Position numbers and translations under genes: made by a program. Shown piece by piece: positions 13,210-24,100 of a DNA stretch of 64,000 nucleotides (its first letter is position 1; each line of letters begins with the position of its first letter). Source of the stretch: Lingula anatina (lineage: Eukaryota > Animalia > Brachiopoda); assembly GCA_051362555.1 (NCBI GenBank), contig CM120644.1, forward strand, positions 14,158,567 through 14,222,566, given 5' to 3'. Below the pieces are notes generated by a model that did no database searches, was not told where the DNA came from, and saw only the letters and a program-made list of their open reading frames with translations.

Positions 13210-13720
13210 TACAATATTTTACAGAAAAAAATACAATACAAAAGATAATTAAAATATAATAATATAATGTAAGATTTGCTTATACTAATTATAGATCTAT
13301 ATAAAATTGTGTGTTTGACATTTGTATCTTCAATGACATAACTGTTTTTATTTGCATTGCTATAGTACAGTATTTTACAAAAAAAAAAAAAAAAAAAAAC
13401 ATTGCACTATAATAAAATACAAAAGATAATTAAAATATAATAATATAATGTAAGGATTTGCTTATACCAATTATAGATCTATATAAAATTGTGTGTTTGT
13501 CATTTGTATCTATAATGAAATAACTGTTTTTATTTGCATTGCTATAATACAATATTTTACAGAAAAAAAATACAATACACTATAATAAAATACAACAGAT
13601 AATTAAAAAATAATAATATAATGTAAGGACTTGCTTAAACAATTTATATAGATCTATACAAAGTTGTGTGTTTGTCATTTGTATCTTCAATGACATAACT
13701 GGTTCGATTTGCATTGCTAT
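13210..13720. repeat. AT-rich tandem repeat, three copies of about 160-180 bp
   Basis: Unit tacaatattttacagaaaaaa...tttgcattgctata repeated three times. Confidence 0.8.
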
Positions 13721-13813
13721 ACATGTACCCGGTGCGTCATGCGCAAAGGGCTTTACGCGTAATTCACAGATATATACCTGTACAAAGGTGCACCAACCTT
13801 TTGGTCAACAGTA

Positions 13814-13849
<36 letters not shown>

Positions 13850-14138
13850 CCATATTGCAACGATTTCCCACTCTTATGGTTATCTACTGAATTCACTGCA
13901 ACATGGGAGACGTTAAGTAAAACCTTAAAAAATTCTAAGTTGTTTTTTTTTCAAAGATAGATCGATGTTATACATTAGGGTACTGTCATGTCTATTAAAT
14001 AAATAAATAATAAAAAAGCAGCAGATATACTTGAAAATGACTAAAAAGCACTATAGTTTAAATGGAAAATGTTGCAATATGGTTGCTTTCGTAAATGTAT
14101 AATATTTGAGTTATCGGATGATTAAGTTTCATTTACAT

Positions 14139-14622
14139 CTATACGGACGTTGTAGCCGTCAGTTTCCTGCCTTGAAAACTGGTTTCGGAGATCTTGGGCA
14201 TACTTTGCTTCTTCAACTCTTTTAAAACTCTCGAAGAGGACGAAGATTCCATCACGTCTGCATGCACCTCAGATAACGATATGTCCTCCATTTCGCACGA
14301 CTGGAGCCTTGTTCTTTCTGCTTGTGGCCACGAATAATATCGCGTAAGCGGCCCCGCTTCCTGCTTGGATACTCTAGAACGAATTCCTGACGGACCCGGC
14401 ACTGCAGGCGCTGCGGTTTCGATAGAGGATTGTCCTTCTGCGAAGTCATCGCTTGGAGAAGATGACACAGACTGCACTGCCATGGTGCTGAAAGAAGGCA
14501 CTTGTAACTTCTTAGCAACAATGCGAGAATCCTCGGCTGTCGCCCTTTGCTCAGAAATGAAAACCCCATTTTGTGAAAGTTTTATCGAGTAGACGTCTTG
14601 CTGTGCGGACCTGCCGATGTAG
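14139..14622 (-). CDS. Opsin exon 6 (long Ser/Glu-rich C-terminal tail)
   Basis: Acceptor ttttatcgcag|; phase 2 matches exon 5; the frame stays open for 161 codons to TAG at 14139. Confidence 0.72.
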
Positions 14623-17083
14623 CTGCGATAAAAGTAATGAAAAATTGGACGACTTGAACATTAAAAAAAAACTTAAAATACAGTTAAATTCTAATAAATA
14701 ATAGGCAATGGACATCATCCGAGATAACCGTACAAGAGGTAGTGTGTGACGTCATAGGAGTCAAGACTAGAATCGACGAGGGGGAAACGCAATGCCATTA
14801 GCAGGCGATGCAATGACACGCAAACCATGATGCCGTGTAGTAGGCTGCAATTTATAAAGGATGCAACCAGAAAAATTATTAGTGACAAATTATGTTGAAT
14901 TTTAACGTTTTCTCACCGCAAACGTTTTTTTTTCTGCTATTATTTCTGTCTCCAAAAACCCGCCAAATCTCACTTGACGCTAACGTAATTTTTGACTGTC
15001 TTGGATGATGTGGGTATATGTGTCAAAAAGTCGGCAGATTAGTAAAAAGCAGGACTAGATTCTTGCTACAAGAAGGGTGAGGCCAAATAGTTAACAGGTC
15101 AGTAGTGTTTTCTCTCTTTCTTTTTAAAATCTTTCTTTCTTTCAAACTTTCTTCTTTCTTTCTTTCTTTGTACAGCCGATTTTTTTTATCTACTGATTCT
15201 CTATCCTATGTTGTGTAGAAACTAATACTAACAAGACTGGGTTCCCATAGCTGGGTTCCTAAACTATAACTAATTACCCCCTAGCAGCTTCAGTAGGCGT
15301 GACAGACATCTAAGCAGCTTAAGTTTATTGCAATTTAACAAGAATCCCCTCGGAGATAGAGCGATCCACAGTTAGTGCGATAGGGTCTGGGAATGGTCCC
15401 TAAATAAAATTGCCTCCTTTTCTTTTCTTGGCGAGAAAACGTTGACTAGCAAAGTCTAACTTAATTGTATTTCATTTCATTTTGGTTTTGATTTTGTGCA
15501 GTCTTGCTAGTGCTCGTTCTCATAACCTTATCGCACCAGATGGATCGATCTAACTTGGGGATTCTTACTAAATCGCATTCAGTATCACGACTGAAATGTC
15601 TGGCACGCCCCCTCGTTACTTAAAGTACTTGGGTAAAGTCTTGAAAGCTTTGTGGTCCATGATGTATTTATGTTGCTTTGCTAGGGGCCGTGCCAGACAA
15701 TTTAGCTGATTACATTGACTGCGCCTTAGCGAGAATAACTGCTGAGATAGATCGATTCTACAAGTACTATATGGTAATGGGAACGCAGTCCTACATGTAA
15801 TCCTACTTACGCAACATCAACTACCACTTCCTCGTCAAGGGGTCGTCTACTCTGAAGCACCTTATTGAGGTTGCAACGCAAGACGTAACGCACGTCGAAG
15901 CGAAAATCGTCGTTGAACAGGGCGTAGAGGATGGGGTTGAAGACGCAGAAGCTCTTTGCAAACATTGTAGGCATGACATTGTAGATGACGGGCAGTGGCA
16001 TGAAGATCCCAGCCACTGAGAGTATGGCGTACGGTGCCCAGGACACTACGAAAAATGCCACCATCGCTACGCATAACTGTAAACACAGATAAAACAAACA
16101 AAAAAAGTTGAATGTGTAAAGAAGGTTTAATATTTAACCATTTTAAGGGCTTTTCAAGAACACTGCAATGCCCCCCCCCCCCCCCCCCCCATCAACAATG
16201 ACATCAATATCAGTACTTCCGAAGGGTTAATTAGAGTGCATTCAGAAAAGACGAATCGCAGACTGACTAAATATGGCTGAGTCCACTACAAAGCAAGCCG
16301 CTTTTATCCCCTAATGTTCTTCCGGCCTCAATACGCGCCATGATTGAACAGATAAAATATCGGCACCGAGTTTTAAATGCTAGGTCTTTGCACGTTGCAG
16401 GAGCGTGTGGAGGCGGGGCGGCCATCATGGGATTAGCGGCATCGCTTTTAAGTGGATCGACCATATTTACTCCGCAGATCTTTTAGTCTGAGTGCGCTCT
16501 TAGACGAGTCTCTTTGGCCGCAATCACAACAAAGGTTAATCGTGGACTAACAGATCCGCGGATCAAATATGGCCGATCCACTCGAAAAATTGCCACATTA
16601 TCCCTTAATAGACACTGAAGAGATTGATCGCGGACTCTTTTAAGGTTTGTCGGCCATATTTGATCCGCGGATCTTTTAGTCCACGGACCAACTTCCCAGT
16701 AAACACATAACGTTATTATATATAACGTTACCATAACGTTTTGAAATAACCTAAAAAACGTTATGACCACGTTATGGTAAGGTTATAAAACGTTCTGTGT
16801 TTGCCAGGTTGTTTTGAAAACGCACAACTTGACCTTTGATGTGAACAAGGCTATTTATGACGGGTTTATAGGTCATGTCTTATAGGTCAAAAATACGTTT
16901 ATTCTCTCCAGAAGGGATTGACTTTCGGTACCAAATGCAAATAAAACAACGGTATGGAAATGAAATACACATAAAGTTATGAATCATGGCACTTTTAAAA
17001 AACACAGCGTATGTTTAGGGCCATTTTTTTTTACTTACAGATGTTGTAAGCCAAACAAACCAGGTATGTATGCTAAGATTCGC

Positions 17084-17117
<34 letters not shown>

Positions 17118-17182
17118 GGAGAGAAAGAGGAGCGTTTATCGGCTGTAAAAATCTACTTATTTATTTATCTATTATTACTATT

Positions 17183-17279
<97 letters not shown>

Positions 17280-20200
17280 TAATGAAACTGACAATATGTT
17301 TCACGGCCCAATATTTCTAAATTACATACAGTAATATGCACAGAACAGAGTTGTTTGAACAAAACGAGAAAACCAACAAAATGTGTATAAAAAAACCTCA
17401 GTGTATGGATGAACAGAGATATATGTACTTACACACGTCATTTTCGTCTCCGCGTTTAAGTGTTTTCGAAGTTGTTGCCTGCTGAAAGTCGTGTTTAAAG
17501 CACATGGTGTGACGTTTCTTATCGCCCTTCGCACTTTCCGGAGGACCTTGAGACAGACAAAATGTATATATTGAATTGTTTTCCTGAAACGGAAGTGTTT
17601 CTGCACGAGAAATAGACGGATTATAACATGACATTGTTATCTGGAAAACTCGTTGCTATGCCACCAAGTGCATTGTACACTTCGTGGGTAATTTTCATTT
17701 GTTTTAAAAAGGCGCCATCCAAGACCCAACTCTCATGTTTTCTATTTAAATAAGTTACACCTTTATCGTTTTGTGACTTAACTTATCATACGGCTAAAAC
17801 CGGAAACATTAACGAACGCACTAAAAACTGAAACTAATTAAAAGATATGGACGACATAAAGGCAATATACAGTGAAAAAAAAGAGTGGAAGAACCAAATT
17901 TCAAATGCAAATGTACATGTACACACAACTGTGCCGTTTACCTTGCAATAACAATATACCATGATCCCAATATGCAGCAAGAACCCAAACACCACAGAGA
18001 ATGCTATATACGTGATGTCGCTGATGGTATCGCCGTGCCAGTTGAGGCTGCAAGACACCCCGTACGCTTCGTACGTGTAGGACGACCAACCCAAGAATGG
18101 AGGAACGGTAACAAGTAGGCTGTATACCCATATGCTGGCTTCTACTGCCTCGACCACTCTCGGTGCTATTTTATGATCCATAGTGTAACCTGCAAAACAC
18201 ACACACACACATATATATATATACATAGATATATACATAGATATATAAATGTACATAGATATATACACAGATTGTAATGTTAAAAGCATGTACTAATTTC
18301 TCTTTTGTATTGAAGGCCAGCACGTTGCGTTTCTTTCGAGAGAGTTAATATGAAGCTGTGAAAATAATTTCACTGGATCTCAGTTTTGATAGTCAGAAAG
18401 GGAAGAATTTCATCAGCTGTGTTAAGTAAAAGAATGATGTGATTTTTTTCTTCAGACAACAGCTTATACTGAGATAGGTTTTACCTACAATATTTCGATG
18501 TCTATCTGAACATCTTCTTCAGGGAATGAAGAAGATGTCCAGATAGACATCGAAATATTGGAGGTAAAACCTATCTCAATATTAGCTGTTGTCTGAAGAA
18601 AAAATCACATCATTCTTTGATAGTCAGAAAGTTTTATGACGGATCCAGATATTTGAATTACCTGTTGACTGTTTCGTCTGTTCTCTGACAGACTTGACAT
18701 ATTACAGAGAGAACAGACGAAACAGGCAACAGCTAAATCAGATATCTGGAACTGTCATTAATGAAACCTTTCTGACTCATATGAAGCTAATTTGGAGATT
18801 TCAGAGACCCTAGGTTTCAGAGACCAGAGTTCCACAGTGGCCAAATGTGACAACAAAGGCTATCACATAGATAGATGGATTGATCTTAACATCCCCAATA
18901 CACATATGAGCTTATGAAGATATATAATCCCTGCAATTTTTATCAATATTACTTTTATAAGCAGACAGATGTTCCCGTGGTTCATTAATTCCGCACAATC
19001 ATATTGAGAATTCATTGTAACATTTCAATACCCTTTTTGTTAAGATTCGTATTATATGAGGGCAAACATCTGCTGTGTATAACGCATGGTGAATATTATT
19101 ACATACTAAAGGGTCCAATTTTGTATTTTCGTGTCCCGTACGTGATAGACACTTTTTATTTCCCGAGATGCGAGACACGCTCACATTATTTATTTTGATC
19201 CGTGTAAAGTTCCCCTTCCCCGGTACTCGTGAATTCGGCTTCTTCGCCCTCTGTGAAAGAAATTAATTACATCCGGTGATTCGTGATTTCCAGGATTTTC
19301 GACTAGCATTATCAGTGAGATACATGTATGAGTAAAGTTTTATTTACTGTGCTCTTTGGATTGATGATTTTATTTCTTGTGAACTGTGCCCCCCCCCCCC
19401 ATGTGACCCATGTGACCCTCATACTACTGTACTATCAGACGAGAAAAAAAGGCAAAATTGAAGTGTATTTGTGTTCTGGTGTTAAAAAAAGAAAAATAAT
19501 AACAAAGTGCTCCATGCACTTATGACTGGCATTATGAGAGTAACCGAAGAGCTCATTCCCATGGACTCCATCGGCCTACATAGATCGATCCAACTCTGCA
19601 GGAACTCTCGCACTTTAACAGATTAACACGCCTCCTCCTGGCATTGAGAAGAATACAGAAAAACTGGTGATTATACAAGTACGCTGGAAACAGTAGGAGG
19701 CGTGTTAATCTGTTAAACTGATTGCATTCAACGGAAGCCCCTACGGAGTTGAATTTACCTAGACCGATAGTGCCAATGGGAATGGACCCGTAAGCGTCGA
19801 CTTACAAATGTATTAGTTTGTGTTTCGAAAACAGCGTCATGTCATTACTGGATAATATTGTGATCAGGGTTTCGGATTAACATTGAAAAAGATAAGCTGG
19901 GGGGATTTTTAGATTACCTACTGCAGCAACGAAAAGCGGATTTATGCATATGCTCATACATGTCTATGCTGTTTGTTTTTTTTCATTACCTATTGCAACA
20001 ATGAAAAGCGGATTTATGCATATGCTCATATTATCCAACGTCTGTCTCGTTGTTAAGCGCTAATGAGCTCCGACAAGTTTAACCAAGCTAATTATTATCA
20101 TGATACAGCGGAAACAGTGAAACCTGCATAATTATTGACCTTTGGTGAAACAGTAGAAGTTTAAATGATTTCGTACAGAACTCAGTCTCCTTAGTTGTTA

Positions 20201-20625
20201 TCATTCGCAGTGCAGGGATGAAAACTTCAGTCGCAGGAACAGAAGCCTAACAATAAGGGCAATCATTAAAGGGTTAACGTATCAGCGTAGTGCTGGCATT
20301 GAAACATGGAATAAACCCCAAGGGCGCAATCAGAACAAATATGGCGTGCATTTGACAATAAATAGGTCCACGCCTCCCGCGTGCGCCTTCCCAGCAGGGG
20401 CAGAGCAGTCGCTTGCAAGAGAGTGGCGCCATATTTGATCTTCGGCCTAGTTAGTCCGCTGATCAAGTGGCAATGGCAGATCGAGGGCGGACAGCGTTAA
20501 CGTGCATCTTCTAAAGCACCTTCTTAAGCGTCACTCCAACTTATTCCACTTTCCCCCTCCCTTCTTACCCTTGTTAACCCCCCCTTGCCAAAACTTTGGG
20601 ATTGTTTTATTTTTATAAGCCACTA

Positions 20626-20674
<49 letters not shown>

Positions 20675-21158
20675 GACTGACAGACAAACGGACAGACAAA
20701 CAGACAGAGCAATACATCCTTACGTAAGTGAGGCTTGTGCATGTGAATGTATCTATACACAGCAATGGCGACGTGGATGTTTTCACAAGCCAGGGCGAAA
20801 AAGTAACAGAGGAACGCTGCTGCTTGACAACCCCAATCACCAAAGGCCCACTCTGTCTCAAAGGCAGAGACGGTGAACATTACGTGCCCCGTCACTGTGA
20901 GAGCCACCCCTGCCACGCTCATGTGCAAAACGAGGCGGCAATGCGGCTGTTTCCGGAAGTGACGTCCGAACCAACACACAAGGATGACGACTGTGTTTCC
21001 GACGAAGGCTGCGACAGCTGGAATAAAGAGAAGTTTTCTTAATTGGATTAGCAAGTAGAAAATCAACCGCGAAAAAGATATAAAATATACGGTAGGAATG
21101 ACAGGAATTGAAAAAGAGTGATTTAATTCGTATACGGTGATTTAACTTGGGGAAAGGT

Positions 21159-21189
<31 letters not shown>

Positions 21190-24100
21190 GGTGATTGTGG
21201 GCTGCAGGCCCACCAGTTCAACAAACAGAGCAAGACAAAATTGTTTTTCTACTCCTGTGCTTTTCATATTACAGTAGAATTGTTTTCGTGTGTTGCGAAT
21301 AAGGGGCCCTTAACATGCATTTTCGCCATTCTGAGAGCAACATAGACAAGAAAATTAATACATTCGTCAAATTTAGATGCTCATTAGTGACTCAAAAGGT
21401 AGAAGCAGCAAGTGAAAGAATAGGATTGCCCTTAAACTGTAGACAGACAAAGTGCATACATGGTTATATGAACATGTAAGGAAACAAGGCAGCAAAGCTG
21501 TGAAATGTACAGACAAAAGGCAGAAAATAACAATGCACAAAATAAGCTACTGTCAATTCTGATGCAAAAGTACATTATGCTTCACTGCAAAATCAACATC
21601 AAATTTTAATTATGCTCAACAGGTAATACCGATGTAAGAAAAATGTGTAACAAGCATAAGGCTTCAGGCCCATAGGACTTCAAGTTCAATGAAAATTTCA
21701 CACAAAATTGCATAAATTCAATAATAAATGATAACCCAATTGAGCTGGCTTTCTAATTTGAACTACATGCCAATCCTAAAAATCATATTTCTAAGTTAAA
21801 AATAATAATAAGTAACACAGTTTTCTTTTTGTAATATTTGCAGTAGCAGTGCAAAAAGATTTTTGTCAATTTTGATGTAACAGTACATAATAAATTACAG
21901 AATAATTATCACCAATTTTTGATTATTGACTATAAATAGCATGGACATGTAGTTGGACATGATATTGTGTTAACAGTGTTGCATATATGCTGAAAAGTGA
22001 AAATAACAGCATAACTACTAAAATAGTGGCCCGATCATGGCGATTTTCGAACTTGACCTGCGTTTTAGTAAGATTCATTACTCCTGTGAGTTTTATGACA
22101 ACAGGTCTATCGGTTTTCCTTGAAATGTGTTAACAGTGTTGCATATATGCTGAAAAGTGAAAAAACAGCATAACTTCTACAATAATGGCCCGATCATGCT
22201 GATTTTCGAACTTGACCTGCGTTTTATGAATATTTATCAGCTCTGTAAATATAAAGCCAAAAAGTAAAACTGTTTTCCACTTATCGTGTTAACGATAAAA
22301 GTGCACTGCGACGGCGACGGCGACAGCAACGGCGACGACAGACGCAGGTGATGGCAATATGTACATTAAGACACATCTGTGTCTTACATAAAAAAGCAGA
22401 TATGCCAAACTGTAATTTGAGAGTTGGAAAGAGAACAGTAAAGCAAGGGTATCCAAGTAGTAAAGTTCTGCTACCTAGGCAGTTTGAAAATATCATAAAT
22501 GTGATAAAGAATTTAAGAATGAAATTGACATACACGGTAGTTAAAACCCACATTTGATAAAAATCGAGATAGGTCTACTTATCAAAAACGGAAACAATTA
22601 ACTAACATTAACAGAGGTTAAGAATTTGAAAAATCTCCCGACCTTGACATATGGCACAACATAATGAGACCTGGACTTCTAGTATAAATTTTTTTTAAAA
22701 ATAGAGAAAACAAACTAGGTGCAGCTGAAATGTGGACTTACTGAAGGATGCTGGGAATATTTTGAACAGAACATGTAACATCTCAAACGCTGAAGTACCG
22801 GTATACTAAATAAACCAAGTACTAAGAGGAAGATATTACTAACTAAAAGTGAGGCACAAATGAGAAGTCTAGGCCATATCCTGAGAAAGGAAGAGCTGAA
22901 ACATCTGGCAGTCACGGGCAAAATCGAGGGAGGAAATCGAGCACATATATTTAATCTTTTGTGGTGAATTTATTTCTGCTTGAGCGTAGGTCTACTTTGG
23001 TCGCTTTCCTTTCTTATTTTATAACGCTAATCTTCTGTTTCTATACATGTTTCTATACATTGGTCGCTTTCCTTTCTTATTTTATAACGCTAATCTTCTG
23101 TTTCTGTACATGTGCGTGTGTAGCTTTCTTATTGAGGTTGAAAATTAAGACTCGGTTTCCATGCCTAGATCGATCTATCTGGATCGACCTAACTCCCTGG
23201 GGGTTCACGCTAAATTGCTATCAGCTGAAGAGGCTTAAATGTCTGTCACGTCTACCGAATCAGCTAGGGGGTAATTATCTTTCTTGCTCGCTCGGCCTCG
23301 CCGATAGCAGATAGCAATTTAGTGAGACTCCCCGTAGAGATAGATCGATCCAAATATCTGCGGGAACGGTCCCTAAGGCTCAAAATAACTTCAAAAACAG
23401 CACGACATTCTGTTTGCAAAACGATCGTGTCAGGCACACTGGTGTGCACTTTATTGTTCTAGTGCTTCTCTCCTTACACCTAAGGACTAAACAAGGAAGT
23501 GTTCAGCTTAATTGTCTCTCAAGCCTCTTACAAAGCATCATGAACAACATCATAACCTACTAAGTTTTCCCGACTTTACTCCCAAGTACTTCAGTACTAG
23601 TACTTTGAGACAATTTAGCTTATTACTTTAACTGTGCCTTTCCGAAAATCGCCGCTGAGACAGGTCGATCCTGCTGGTGCGATAACTTCTATTCTGAAGG
23701 TGCCGCAATACGTGCATCTATGAGAATGAAAAGCACAAAAATTACAGGTTGTTCAGCCAAGGTGGTACATCCTGGTTCAGCCAAGGCTGTACATCCTGGT
23801 TCAGCCAAGGTTGTACATCCTGGTTCAGTCAAGGAGATACATTCTGGTTCAGCCAAGGAAGTACATCCTGGTTCAGCCAAGTTTGAATTCAGGGCATGTT
23901 TGATTTGAATGATACAAATGAATCTTGAAATAACCAAAATAACGTTATAAAGGCGAAGGGTCGGGTTGGGTCGGTGGTTGTTGGGCAGGCATGAGAATTA
24001 GGGACCGTTCACATGAAAAATATATTTTCTAAAAATCTATTTGCGGTATCTTGTGATCACGGTCTGTGCCCTGGATACCCCGCGGCGTAATTACTGGCAG

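Noticed and set aside
16979-17320. ORFs with poly-ER/YI/HT stretches (also 3116, 30805, 38330, 38886, 48038)
   Set aside because: Translations of (GA)n, (TA)n and (CA)n microsatellites.
23689-23937. ORFs with SAKVVHPG/LAEPGCT repeats
   Set aside because: An open frame caused by a 24-bp minisatellite, with no splice or context support.
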